A stretch of 63,354 nucleotides of DNA, the filler included, from Choristocarpus tenellus KU-1152 (lineage: Eukaryota > Protista > Phaeophyceae): the NCBI GenBank assembly GCA_964200185.2. It is 9 parts of 9 records of this genome, joined end to end, with 100 filler letters (N's around TTAATTAATTAA, not from the genome) between each part and the next. Parts side by side here need not be neighbours in the genome. Positions count along the whole stretch, not along the records: positions 1 to 16,286 come from CAXNAD020000849.1; 8 more parts are not named here. One strand, given 5' to 3'. Position numbers and translations under genes: made by a program. Position 1 is the stretch's first letter; each line of letters opens with the position of its first letter. The notes under the pieces were generated by a model, which saw nothing but the letters and a program-made list of their open reading frames with translations, had not been told where the DNA came from and did not search any database. Shown here piece after piece: positions 1 through 13,365 of the stretch.

Positions 1-13
1 GTGAGACCCTCAC

Positions 14-3000
14 CTGACTCTTGAGGTGTCTTCCCACTAGGAGGTCTGATAAGGGCCCTACAACACCCAAGGCAGCTAACTGATCCCGACTTTGCATTTC
101 ACGGGATAGATTCTGTATTGTGCCTGCAGCTCCCCCACACATCTGTGGTTCAGGGTGGCGTAACATACCCACGAGTGGGGCAAGCCCTCCCTGGGTTGCC
201 AGGTCGGTTTATTTAGAGGTCACAAGATAAGAAATAGAGTAGAAGGCCTTGTGAAGTTGTGCAGACTATGGAATATGTCATCACTAAGACGCCACTACCT
301 GGTTACCAGAACATTTTGCTTGCAGGTGTTTAACCTCTCAAGTCTTTCCGAGTCTTGCTGTCGGCAATGTGCTGCTTCCATGTCAAGTCAAGCTTGTCTG
401 TATTCTCGCCAAGGGTGCATGCTGCTGCAAAGGGTCTTAGTCTTCTTCAGGCCAGACTTCACAAGGCAGATGTGTTGGATTTAAGCTCTTGGCCAACATA
501 CTTTTTGTCTTGAGCCGGTGTGTTATGAAGGATTCACAGTATTGACTGCTGTGCTCTTCCATTTCAAGCCTAACTTCATGCCCCCAATCCACTTAAAGGC
601 GCATATCTGAATGTGGGGTCTCACATACTAACTTCTTGTATTCACTGAAGCAATTGTCCAGTGGACACAGTGGGGCAATTTACATAAATATTGCCCACCC
701 AGCATGATTACACATTGTAACCTTGCTGCCCGGTGTAGATGGGATTATTGGAGGATGCTAGACCAGTGTAGCTGCCAAGATGACTGTTCATAAGTCCTTG
801 TTGGTCCCTAACCACACTGTTGGACCATCCAAATACTCAGTGCATGCCAAAAGGGTGAAGATTGAGCAGATTAGTACCCTCCCCCACCTACCTCTTCCCT
901 AATGACCCCAATTAGTCCTGGATCTGTACTCAAGTTGTGTACTGCACCCAGAGCACGTGCTCGCACCTTTGGACTGCTGCTCACCAATAGGCGAACAACT
1001 CTTCTGATGACCCCTACATCTGCTTGCGGGGTGTGGAGTGGGGGCTGGTTGGAGAGCAGTGCAACTAGTTGAGCTTTGTGACTCAAAGTATCTGGGAGGG
1101 GGAGGAGGTCTACACCAGNNNNNNNNNNACATAGATACCCAGTCTTACTGGTGCATCCCGTGCAGTACATATAGGGTGAGAAGACTCAAAGTATCTTGGA
1201 GGGGGAGGAGGTCTACACCAGGGTGTCCATTTGGCCCAAAATCAGGAAAGGTGCATTTACATTATCCATCCGACGCATGCAACCAAATCACCCAAAAATA
1301 GCGACATGAAAAAATTGACCCCAAATGGACAGCCGCCACCCCCCCTCAGATACTTTGGGTCTTGTTTAGCATCCAGTAACTTGAAGTCCTCAGTGCCCGT
1401 GGAAGGTGAGAGGTCAGTCTAGCTTGGTAACAAATTGAGTACTCCTGCTTCATGACCCCCTCTGTCTTTTTGGAAGGTGAAACTAGCTTGATAGGGATGG
1501 TTATCTTGGCCCAGGGGATGTGAAGTCAAATTTCTGAGAGTACAGTAGCTTGGATTTTTGAGAAGGCTGACATGGGTCAACCATAGTGGTCATGTTTTCT
1601 TCCTGTGCTTACAGTACAATTGCTAAGATGTTACATATTTATTAGATACCTTGCCCAACTCATGTTCAGGGGAGCCATGTTGAATGGTGCAAAGGTAGCA
1701 CAGTGCCATGGCGGCAGCATGATGCACAAGGAGAATTCTTGATCATAGACATCTATTGACCATTTTGATACATTTATCATTTCATGATAAACTAGCTGTT
1801 TGAAGTCATGGTAGGTATGAGAGATAGTATGAACGAAAAAGTGTGATTGTGATGCTTGCCATGATACTTCATTCGAAACACTCTTTCCTACTTACCCCTG
1901 GCCACCTCCCTTCCAGCTCTCTCGAAGCAGACACTTTGTAATGCACCAAGGCCACTAGCCTGGGGGAAGTGGGAAAGGGTGGTGTATACTGTTTGCATGT
2001 GTTGAGGTTTTCCTGCACCACAGGAGAATTTGTGGAAACAGCTGTATACAATCTATGGTGATTTACAAAAGAAAATGAATTGCATCATTTAGGTTGGCAA
2101 TGTGACGCAAGAGATTTTCGATCCTGTCATAATCATCACCTGCATCTTCTCATCTTTGGAGTTTATCAAGGGCACCAGGGCTCTCACTCCATCAACCTGT
2201 TCTGGCATGAGAGCACATGGCAAACAGTTCAGAAGAAGGACTGACTCAATTCTGTACAAGTATCCTGATTGACTATACCATTCCACCACACACACAATAT
2301 GCTTCAGGGCAAACGAAAGACTTGCTCAGAAAAATTTGCACCATTCACACGAGTGATCTGTGTTTTAGATTACTGATGACTGGAGATTCCTAGGGAGGAT
2401 AGAAGGCAAGAGGCACAATCTCCTTTTGCTACACACACCTCAAGGAAGAGATCGACGTTCTCCCTGTCGTAGCACATGTTTAGAATAACATTTGCACACT
2501 CGCAAGTGATTCTGTCCAAGACAAACAAGGTCAGATGGCATTTGTGTTAAGTGGGGAAGCGTCAAGTGGGGAAGCGTCAAGTGGGGAAGCGTCAAGTGGG
2601 GAAGCGTCAAGTGGGTGTAGTATTAAATATTTCGAAATTGCCTTACTTAGTCTTGACCACTTGCTCTGTTTCTACTGCTGACGTTCTTGCTATATCAGAG
2701 GAGGCATCGGTTCAAGGGTTCACTACACAACATGAGATCCAATCTAAAATGAACTATGGACAAATTAGAATAGTAACACCAGTCTTTTCCACTCATCATG
2801 AATTGCATCCAGTTGAATTCATTTGCTACATCCAGAATGGCGTAAATCGGTTGAAGAATGAAAAGTGAATCCGAAGCATAAACACATTACATATCAAAAA
2901 CTAGCAAGGGTGGAAAGCGCAAGTTGGCGGCAACTTTCTCTTTCGAGGCAAGAGGGGCGTAGTCAAACTGTGATCAATCGGATTAAGCATCCAAACCTCA

Positions 3001-3859
3001 ACAGTATCGAGGGACTTGCGTTTGTAGGAATGACGATTTTAGCAAGTTGGTGACCGCCTGCACTCCTTGCTTGCCCATTGCCTTACGGTTGACCTGTTTG
3101 CGGAGAAGCACCTTGAGCACCTGACGTGGCGTCGGGATCCCAGTGGGCTAGTGGAAGATCCAGGAAAATACCATCGAAGCATTGTTGACCTCTTCTTTCC
3201 TTCCCTGCGGAACTTTCCACCTACGACCGAACAAATATGCCGAGTGAGGTGCACAAGATCACTGCAAAGCACCATATTTCTATCTTAGGAGCCAACATTC
3301 GATTTACGCACCTGGAGTAGCAGTAACAGAGTCGAATTTTCCGGCAGACAATCTGAGCTAAGAACGACAAAGATAGCTGCCATGTCGTCAACTGCCTGGC
3401 ATTAATTGGACAGCAATAATAATTGGCGTTGTAAACATGGTGCTGTTTATGTAGAAAGGTGATGCATGCTCGAAATTGGCAACAGCGATTTTCGACTTGG
3501 AGCGCATCACCTCATGTATGTGCTCGATTTGTTTACAAAGTTAAGGAATTTGTGGGTGTCAGAGAGTCGATTGACCAAGACAAGATTAATTCTTGCCTCA
3601 GTCTGGCGGTTGGGAGAGCTCGCAGGATCAAGGTTGACTCCTAGGAAGTCACGAATTGCGGCCGCGATGCCGTTCACGTTGTTTTCCACTGCCTCAAAGG
3701 GGGTTGGGGGATCATCTTAGTCCACACGGCAGGATTACGGCGTAAGACAGATGTTTCCTGAGCATCAAGAGACGAGCACACCAAAGAGTGGACTATAAAG
3801 TGAGACGCACCTGCACACGGAAGTCGAAGCAAACAATTTATTGCATCGATCGTTGCCAT
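14..3859 (-). CDS. Armadillo (ARM)-repeat protein, 3' end outside window; exons 3811-3859, 3597-3715, 3312-3395, 3020-3120, 2439-2511, 2140-2196, 1896-1959, 892-1019, 14-190
   Basis: Phase-consistent spliced ORF with ARM-like units: GVRALVPLINSKDEKMQASGLGALQSVCF, GVIRRVVRLLVSSSPKVRARALGAVHNLST, GGLAPLVGMLRHPEPQMCGGAAGTIQNLSRE. The model needs two GC donors; the first two exons are less certain. Confidence 0.8.
1080..1361. mobile_element. MITE, family B (TIR GACTCAAAGTATCT...AGATACTTTGGGTC), in an ARM-gene intron
   Basis: Terminal inverted repeats; TTGT duplicated at 1076-1079 and 1362-1365; internal GTCCATTTGG/CCAAATGGAC inverted repeat. The left end appears twice around a 10-N gap. Confidence 0.75.
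2549..2615. repeat. 15-bp tandem repeat (GTGGGGAAGCGTCAA) x4, intronic
   Basis: Four perfect units plus a partial one, read directly. Confidence 0.95.
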
Positions 3860-4423
3860 TTATGTCAATCTACCACTTCCACGGATCCACACATGTCAAG
3901 GATGAGAGAACAAAAGTTTCACACAACGGTTTCAGGAAGAGAGTGAGTGCTCTAACAATATTTGGAAGGCATTCATTGAAAGGAGAAAATGAAAATGATC
4001 AATTTACATTCTACAAAAGTGATCGACAATATCTGTAATTATTGGACGAACGAAGAGTGTACAACAACTATAAAATACTTTTGTGTGTTTGTACCACACC
4101 TTACAAAATGAAATCCGAGTTGTAGTGTTCAAGTTAATTTCTGACAAATCAATGACAGTTCCTATCATAAATAAGTTATGTTGGGGAACATCATCACAAA
4201 TACAGATTTAGGAGTCTCTTTCATTTGTGGATCCGAATCGTTGGTACTAATTTTATTATGTTGTCGACATTTTGGAGATGTGTCGAGGGAAAAACCAATG
4301 AAATTATTCATGCAGAAAAATTCCTAAAAAAGTAACAGTTGTCGTAAATACGGAAGACATAAATCTATTTATTTTACAACTACTTTACGCTGTATCACTG
4401 CCTTCGTGTGCCTCCAACCTAAC

Positions 4424-4730
4424 TTAGTCCTGCACCCCAGGGTGAGGAGCTAGGGAAGCATCCCAAGAATCTAACAAGCCCCTCCTTGCACATTTCCCTG
4501 GTGTCTCCAGCTTAAAACGCGTGACACGTCGAGATAGTACTACTTCCGTTGCGACTAAGACTACTTGGTGTAGACGGGATTTGACCGCCCCATGTCGGAT
4601 GTAGCCTCCTGTCCCTCTCCCCCCTACCGCCTGCATAGCTAGTTCATCCAGAAAAAATTCCGCTTGCTTACCGAGGCGCCCCAAACTTTCCACTGTGAAG
4701 GTACTAATTCATGTTTCTGAGAATGGTGCG
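4424..4730 (-). mobile_element. 3' fragment of a CRE-like (restriction-like endonuclease) non-LTR retrotransposon, frameshifted
   Basis: KHELVP/(frameshift)TVESLGRLGKQAEFFLDELAMQAVGG...VKSRLHQVVLVATEVVLSRRVTRFKL resembles the C-terminus of RLE-type elements in brown algae. Confidence 0.7.
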
Positions 4731-5875
4731 GGACAAATCTTCTGAAAACAAGATAAAATGTTGGCAAATAAACACATTGTGGTATGTACAAGTAGTTGTG
4801 CTCATAAGGGCAAATGGAGGGCTTCAAATCAATCTATTTGTATGAGGGAACCGGTTGTACATGTTTTTCAGGTAAGAAGTAAGAGAGTGGTACAAACACA
4901 ATATTTGTAAATGATGTTTTCGTAGACAGATGGGTACGACAAATATTTGTACACGTTTTCTTTGATGGGGGAGTGGTACAACAAATGTTTGTAAATGATT
5001 TTAAAACGGGAGTGGCGGTACCCATACACAAAATGTAACCACTGACCGACGGTATATGGAGTATTATACGGGTGTATCTTTTCAGCTTACAACAGTTAAG
5101 AGACAACAACATGACACTCTAGACACGTCATGATACCTAGGACCCTTCTACAGCTTCTACAATGTATTAGTTTAGGAGGAGTGATATCTTTCATACCATC
5201 AATAGAACAAGGAAACAAAGTACTTTATGTAATTACACCAGAAGTAACCTAAGACCTGTACACCATTATTCTTTCCAACTGAAGTTCAACAGTAGAAGAT
5301 ATGTACGTAATTGTTCTTCCTATTGAATCACAACATTTATTTATCCTGAAAAAATGGTGAGTGATATCTACAAATCATGCGTACATGGTATCTAGCAAGG
5401 TTATATAGACAAATTAGGATTTGTACCATCTTTTCTCAACACTGGGATGTACTCAGTACATTATTTGTGGTACAAGGTTCCTGGGTAGAATTTATTTATA
5501 GATCTTCACCACTCCTTCAACTTCACATACAAATATTTGTACACACTATTTTTTCCTACTGGTTTGTGAAGCATACATGTAGTCTGTGACAAGAGGTAAG
5601 GCAGGTCATAGTTTATTTATTGGTAGCCTGAGAGAAACATTAGGATTACTCCCCTATTGTAATCCTACAACTACTAAAATATCGGAGGTCCCGAAATGTC
5701 TTTTTATCTCCATCTCCACCCGAGTGTGACCTCTTGACATCTCTCCTCCGACACCCCTAGCTTGTAAACTCGCACAAGAGGCAATGGAATCCTCCAAGGT
5801 CTCTCAGATATCCTACAAGACCTCTCAGTTCTCTTCAATATGGTTATCCATTTATCTAGACACATGGATGGATCT

Positions 5876-8800
5876 CTAGGTGTGAGTGTCTGGAACGAGG
5901 TACGTCTTCACTGCTCCATCCGTACCCCCGCTCACAATCTTGCCATCGTGCCAACCCATGCACAAGGCCTTGCCCTCATGGGCATGGGCACTGTGGAGAG
6001 GGAGGGTAGATCGTATGTCCCAGAGCTTCACCCCTCCATCGTATGCGCAACTAGCCACCTGCCCAAGAGCACGGATCGCGCAAGTCATGCAGATAACAAA
6101 TAGTTTCAATAGCTTTTGAGGATTCAACCACAGCACTTTTTAAACTCCCCAAAAATAAAAATTAAATCACAGGAAGACCCGAATCATGCACTAGTGCCGG
6201 CTGTTTCTACCAGGCTGACCACTATATAGACCGAGGGAGGGGCATCAAAACAAGATAACAACGGTGTGAGGAAATGAGCAAGGTGGGAGAAGAACCCCCC
6301 CCCCTCATGATTGACCTAATGTGCCCATATTTACAAGGCATGTCCATGGAAATTTCATAAAAAAAAGCACAGAAATGATTGTGGTTAACAGTTTCAATAG
6401 GGCGAACAAAGTCTACACAAGGTAGAACTACTTACCATGGTCTCTGACCCTGGTACCCATGCCACAGCACTGATCCACTGCTTGTGGGAACTCAAGGATG
6501 CACGGGTCAGAGTCTGTTCCTTGGACCGTGTATCCCAGATGCGCACATGTGCGTCTGGGTGACCAGTGGCCAGCATTCTGCAAGAATGGGATAAAAGCTC
6601 TAGTTGACAAGAGTGCAACAAACATAGCACTAAACAGGAGAGGTTTCAGGCACTGTTCAAGTTTGTGCCTATGAAATTGAGATGTATTGTCTGTCCTGCT
6701 CATTCAAATGGAAAGCCGGTAAACGTTTCAAAGGGTGCTCTTGCTTTACCATGCTCTGGGGAACATCAGTTATAGTGATCAGCAGAAGACAAAACGAGAG
6801 CACTCAGAGACGTTTTCAGATGATACTGTCAGAGCACTGTGCTCACAGAGTATCACTGGCCACAGTACATCAGCCTAACCATTTAAGGATCAAGTCCAGT
6901 TCATCCCTTATGCATCATCCCAACAAGAACAAAAGGAGCAGCTGCAAGCCCAACGACAAATGCCAAAGCCAAGGAAGTTCTTAGCACGCCCCCTCCTGTC
7001 ATTATACCCCCGTCAGTCACCTCCCGTTTGAGGAACAAGCCAGGCAGGTCACTGCCTTAGGAGCATTAACAGTGCTGACACAATCCTGTCGCTCCACATC
7101 CCATGTCTTTACTGCATGATCCAGTGAGGAGCTGAACAGAGTGTTGTCGTTTCCTTCCCCAATGTCTTCCCCAGTCCCATTCTGTCCTGCTAGCCCTGTT
7201 ACCACCTGATTGTGGGCCCGGAAACCTGCCTTTGGTTCCTGTTCAGCAAGCGCTGATGTTGGCCTCCCACTGCTCGTTTTCCGTCGTTTTGTCTCCTTCT
7301 GAGGCCGACAAGGAATCAAGTCGGAAAAGTTAGTCCTTTGGAACAAGGATCAACATATCCATGTGCTCATTGTTCAGCATGTTGGTATCATCCCCTTGTC
7401 AGGCCACAGCAATAGCCTACTGTTGTGATATTCACAGTTCAAGGAGCGATTTGAGTCGAGGTGCAAAGGCCTTTTCCTTTGAGGCAATGCAAGTGTATGC
7501 GGAGCTTTGTGGTTTCTTGAAAGCACCACCTACTTTACCCTCTGCAATAACAAAATCAGTATGGCAATACTTAGGCCTTACATTGGTTGGGCTACTGCAG
7601 CCCTCTGTACATCTATGTGATCTGATCATTCCCTCCTCACCAGTGCGGGGGCATTATCTTTGCTCTGTACCCCCATGCCTGTTTCTGGGTCAGCAACATC
7701 CCAGATGCAGACATGACCATCCCAATCTCCGGTGAATCCTGCCAACCCAGACGCAAACACTGAAGATATAGAGTTGGTGTGACCATGCAGCAGACTCACT
7801 GTTTCCAGGGTACAATCATCGCTGCTGTTTGAGAATGGAAAGAGAGCATAGATATGATGGGGAGTACAAAACAGTGAGGACAAGTGTGCAGGGATGTAAT
7901 TGAGCTGTAGTTTCATTAGAGAATGTCAATGGCTAAACACTGGAAGAGTGTTTAAGCTGAGGTTCAATGCTACAAGATCCAAACAAAGAGCAGGATATGG
8001 TTTGACCACATGAACACAAAGGTGCAATGTGGTCAAAGGTCAGATAGTTCAACGGCAAGATGCCCAACACCTTGATGATGCTTGTACCTGTGTGATCCTG
8101 ATGCTCTCCACAAGCGAGCAGTCATGTCCTTACTCCCACTCAGGAACAAGCAACTTTGCGACCCAGATGGAACTGCGCACAAAGCTGTCACTGGGGAATG
8201 GTGCGCCTCCTCCACTGAAGCAACCTGAAAGATGTCAAAGAGGCCCAGAGGAGAGAGGATCAACATGGAAAAAACATTACAACTCAAATTTGTGTACCTA
8301 AATTCAACAAGTTGCTGGAAGTACCCCCAATACATTTTGTACCTTGCAGTCACTGCCGTATACCCGAAGACATCCATCATAACACCCTGTCACGAAGAAC
8401 GCCCCATCCTTCCCGGCGCTAGCCACTGCACTGACCCAATCTGGCTGTTGAACGCAAGGGCAGCCACATTGGCGAAGGATTGGGACAAGCACAGTTACGT
8501 GTCTCAAGGTCAGTTGACAGCAATGATCGGTCAGATCTACCACTCAATTCGTTCATGAAAACATACATCTTTCTACAAAAAACTCTGGAGACTTGAGGGA
8601 TGACTGGGTTTTGCACTGCAGGGGACGATCGATGCTCACTTGCTCTGCATGCTCAGCCTCAGTCGGTTGCCGGATGGCAGGCATGTATTCCACTTCCAGC
8701 ACGGCCTCACCACTCAATGCATTCCGTCTGAGTATAGACCGCAAAGAACTTCGCAGAAAACGACCCATGACAAGCATGTCAAATGGAGTGGGGGGATCTC

Positions 8801-9315
8801 GCCCAAGCAGATGGTTGACCACGTCGGACAGCCCATACCGCTGCAGGGTCTCTGGGACAGCTATGGGGGTCTCTGTCACCCGGATCGAGGGGATTTTCGT
8901 CACAAACTTAACGCGGACCTGGGCAAGAGAGACGAGATCAAAAGCGATGAGAAACATTGTGTTGGCAAAGGTTTTCCCCTCTCCACTTCCACAGGTGTAA
9001 CAGTGAGCAGTCTCTCTGGAATAGCTAGTCTCTTGGGATGTCAGTGTTTAAGCGAAGCAGCCTCCCCAACAGATACAGTGGCAGGAGGCAATAGATAGTC
9101 CAGCATGACTTTGAGAGGAGGATGCGGTCCTGAAGCGTACAACACTCTGCATAGTTGACAGCAATGTTCAAGACCAGACACAAGGTATCATTGGAAGTCT
9201 ATTCCCAAGTTGGCAAGAACTGTCATCCTCAATTCCTCTGGGCAATCCCCTCGATCCTGCTAGGTATGCTTACCTTTCCCACATCCTCGTCCTCAGAAGA
9301 ATCCCCGAACTCCAT
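5876..9315 (-). CDS. WDR12: Ribosome biogenesis protein WDR12/Ytm1 (NLE/UBL + WD40); exons approx. 9274-9315, 8640-8918, 8343-8444, 8088-8224, 7640-7824, 7021-7298, 6436-6577, 5876-6058
   Basis: NLE domain VRVKFVT..PIAVP..LQRYGLSDVVNHLL..PFDML..FLRSSL..EAVLEVEY, then PDWVSAV and WD repeats (SSSLDHAVKTWD, HKQWISAVAW, SCAYDGGVKLWDIRS); GT-AG sites in phase. Confidence 0.92.
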
Positions 9316-9570
9316 CGTGGTTTCAAAGGTGGCCGTGGTTGTGGTTCAGCCCTACCAAACCCATCTATCCACCAAAACCTGCGGAGGCGTTGACGCTCGA
9401 ACTTTAAATGTGGGATTGAACATGGTGTGGGGAGCTGGATAGTATTACTACTAGAACTACTCTTGTTATGGTGTTAGTAGCACCTGTTTTGTTTCCATTT
9501 TAAACCTCTTTCAATTGCAGCTGTACGGATGTGAGGCTGCTCTCTGTCTCTGTGGATCGTTTCCAGTAGA

Positions 9571-11697
9571 ATGACTACTACAGGTAAATTTAGAGCATCT
9601 GATGTCCAACCTGTTACGAACTTGGGTAGTAGCTCACTTTTCTCTTTTACCATCATCTTTCCCTGCAACTTTACACCAGTTCACGACGTTGTTGCTGGAG
9701 CCTGTGCCGGGATGGCAACAACTATCGTGTGCCACCCATTTGATACGGTGAGAGAGAGAGAGAGAGAGAAATATTAGAGGTGAAGAGTTGTGCTCGTCAC
9801 TGAAACACTTTACATCAATGAACACAGCTCACGCACGCAAGACACCTGACCATTTTAGTACTTCCTGCAAATCACGGGACCAAAACTCGGCTCAGGTCAG
9901 GACAAGGCTACAGGCTGCTTCCCCTGGAAGATTTGAAGGCGTTGTAAGCTGCGTGACTCAAACGATCAGGCGTGAAGGTGTGCAGCTCTGACGCTTGGTC
10001 TGCAAACCCGACTTTTTTCGTCTGGAATGTTGTCTTGACCCACTTTCTCAGGTGATATAATTCCTTAAAGCCAAGCAATTCTTCATCTAAGCACAAAGCT
10101 TATGGGCAGTCCTCTCGTTACGGGCGATGGCCCTACTAAGCCACTTCTTGTCACTCCCTCCTTCAAGGCATGATGGGTCTATATAAAGGCATGGCCTTCC
10201 CCCTAGGTGCCCAGGCCGTGTACAAGGCAGTGATTTTCACAGTCAATGGCTATGCCAAGAGGGCCTTTGCAACAAAGGGATTTTCAGATACATCTTTGGG
10301 CATTTTCTCCTGCGGTGCTTTGAGCGGTAAGAAAAGCTATCGCCTTTTGACGTAGTCAATGCTCAAATTCAAGTGTGGAAATCTGCGAGGGATTTGCTGC
10401 CATTTGGTATATTAAATGTGCAGAACCTTACCTTCCCACTCGAATGGTATCGAATATTGCGACAAACGTTTGTTGTCAACCCACCTGAATGTAAAATTGT
10501 AGACTTAGCTTGCAGCATGTATTGTTGCACTACACCTGCATCATGTTTTGTTCGAGAAATTCAGGCACAATAAATTCCTTCATTGTTACACCAGTGGAGC
10601 TTGTGCGCAACAGACTTATGCTGCAGTACCAAAAAGGTCCAGGCACGTTTGAGGGCCCAATGGAGTGCATGAAGCACATCTTACATCATCGTGGTGTTTT
10701 TGGCATGTGGCAGGTGAGCGTGGCTATAGTGAGTACTTTTGTGTCATTGCTGCTATCTCTCATAGCTAATCTGATGCAGTACAGTTGTGAAGGTACATCA
10801 CTAGGGTGGTGACCCAGAAACTCTTGGCAGCTGACGTCATAACTGGAGGTTCAAACATTCATAACATAAACCATGGTAACAGGCATACAATTCATACTCT
10901 GTGCATCAAAGTATTTAAACTATTTTTTGTATAATGACTGTGAAGAAGTACGTAACCTGTGCACAATGCCTATGTAATGGTGGCTACTCTTCTCCAGGGT
11001 TTGTGGCCCACCATGATGAGGGATGGGGTGGGAATGGGAATATACTTCTTGAGTTTTGAGACAACAAAAAGGGGACTGATGTTGCTTCAAAGTCGGCAAG
11101 CAGGGAAGGAGTTGACTACACCACAAGGATATGGTACTGTGCTACTTGCTGGTTCAGCAGCTGGTATTTCTTTTTGGGCAGGTAAGAACTACATCAGTGC
11201 AAGGCACGAGGTAAGGATCGGGGCATATCAAACTAGTGCTGTCTCCTGGTCGAGATGTATAATCTTGGATAAATCATACTTATGCAATAAACAGCTTGTA
11301 TTGAAGCATGTGGTAGGCAGCAAATATGAAACAACTCCAACATAATCAGTAGATGTATCAAAAATTAAATACACAAAAGAACAAAATCGTACATGTACTC
11401 TCTCATCAAGCCCAACAGGAGAAAACAACAGAACACACCTCCCTCCTACCCCATTTTTCCCTCTTTGACTTGCTTACAGTGGCACTACCATTCGATGCTT
11501 CCAAGACCGTAATACAGGCCACCAAACTGGAAAGGGGACAACCATCACCGCGACTGTGGAAAACAATGAAGGGCTTAGTGCAAGAGGGAGGGGTTTCTTG
11601 CTTATTTCGAGGATGGCCGGTTGCAATAGGGAGGGGGATACCTGGGGCAGCAGTTACAATGGCTACATATGGGAGGGTGAAACAGGCCATGAGTTGA
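9571..11697 (+). CDS. Mitochondrial carrier (SLC25), carnitine/acylcarnitine- or amino-acid-carrier-like; 7 exons
   Basis: Three PX[D/E]XX[K/R] signatures (HPFDTVRTRLQ, TPVELVRNRL, LPFDASKTVIQ), GLYKG/LFRG motifs and an R-D contact point (MMRDGVG). Confidence 0.92.
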
Positions 11698-12384
11698 TGA
11701 GCACAATTAAGGCTCTTTTCACACCTATTTGTATACAATTTACCAACAGTGTAGTGTATTCAAAGTTCAGACCTCTAATTGTGTTGGTCATACAGATACA
11801 CAGTTCACTATATAATACAAATCAGGGTTCAGTTAGGTATGACAGAGTGAACTTCTCACTCGAGTAATTTTTCTGCTCATTCTGATACACCATGTAAACT
11901 CCCCCCGATTCTCTTCACCCAAGCACCCTTACTAACAAACTGTTCTAGCAGCCCTGTTAGCAGCTTGTGTGCTACCATTTTTTTGCTCAGTAACATGCTG
12001 CCTGGGACAGTTATATCCCGGTTCCAGTGACTCGTATGGTGATATTGCTAGTATGTAGAATTCAATCTAAAGCTTTGGTGTTGCCCTGCCTCCATCTATT
12101 GATCCAAATTGCTCAAAACAAGGGAACTTCATTTCTAGTAATTCCTTGGTTGAAGTCTTTGCATATCAATTGAACATTTATCACAAGTGGTGTGGAAATG
12201 AGCCTGACCAAAAGTGATACACCCACCTTCATCAGGAGAACTTGTTGGGGGGGATTAATGCAACAGAATACATTACACTTGAGACGGGATAGAGTTATTT
12301 GGAAGGAATGAGATCATAAACATCCGAGCACTAACCCTTCGATACCATGGAGAGAACTGCCCACCTTGCAATAGAGATACTTCC

Positions 12385-13187
12385 CTAAATAATATGATCC
12401 ATAAATCCCGATTGGATCGTTGATGCGCCGGAAGTCACCGCTGTTGCCGGGGCATTCACTGGTGGAGAAGTCACTGTGGTTATGGAGGTAGTTCCAGATG
12501 CTGAGGGAATTGCAGGCGTAGCCGTATCAGATACTGTCCATGCACCCACAGGTGGTGTGGAGATAGGGAATGCTTCCGTGGTAAATGACACCGTCGAGGC
12601 ACCGGCCAATGCTGAGGAAGGATGGGGTATTGGCGAACCTTGATTTGAGACCTGAGTAAGTCATCCCAACAACAATCAAGTCACAAGTGTCTCAGACGTG
12701 AACTACTGGGATATTTCTCATCCCCCATGTTCTCCACTATTCAGTGGTTCGCGGAAGATGTAATGCCTACCTTAGGAGCTCTAGTCGGATCCTGCGTTTC
12801 GACGGACCTAACACCAACGAACTTCCACAGCTGAAGTAGGTTCTTCTGAAGTAATTCCTGCATGCTGGGCATAACGAGAAGATTGCACGGACATTGACAG
12901 GAAAATATGTTTTTCCAACAAGAGTAGCTGCTCCTGCAGGCTGAACTAGCGATCAGCTCCGAAAAAAGATTCACATAGGATCGCTTCAGCAGTGACTATC
13001 CCCTGTCCGAGACATTGTGGTGTGTATTCGATATTTCTTCTCATGTAGTCAAGGGGTATTCTCACGCAATGCAGTCCTCTAGTCTACCAGTCGCTTGATT
13101 CTCGTGGATCGCCTCTATTAGCTCAGCATTGAGGTCTATCAGGGCCTGCTTCTTCTCCACCTCAGCTTCCTGGGAGTTGTACATCAT
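12385..13187 (-). CDS. SSXT-domain (SS18/GRF-interacting-factor-like) protein; exons 13066-13187, 12771-12864, 12385-12651
   Basis: Spliced LIDLNAELIEAIHENQATGRLEDCIAMQELLQKNLLQL matches the SSXT/SNH pattern (LDEN..LI..I.ENQN.GK..EC..YQ..LQKNL.YL), followed by an S/T/P-rich tail; splice phases are consistent. Confidence 0.8.
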
Positions 13188-13365
13188 GCTAAAAAGTAAA
13201 CTTTAAACCACGACTCATTGTTTCTTACACCCCCCCCTTACGCGCGAAGTGTGGTTCCTCGCGCGCGACATTGAACAACAGTCCATTAAGTAGGTATAGT
13301 AGTTGTCACCAGTCAGCAAAAGGTGATAGACGGCTAAGCCTGAAATAGCAACCATTGTCGCAAGC

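Noticed and set aside
1080-1221. Tandem duplication of the MITE left end
   Set aside because: It spans a 10-N gap, so it may be an assembly artefact rather than nesting.
2549-2615. CRISPR-like array
   Set aside because: Repeats are head-to-tail with no spacers, in a eukaryotic intron.
2647-2690. Extra ARM exon ending at a GTAAGG donor
   Set aside because: It introduces a stop in the required phase; skipping it gives a clean frame.
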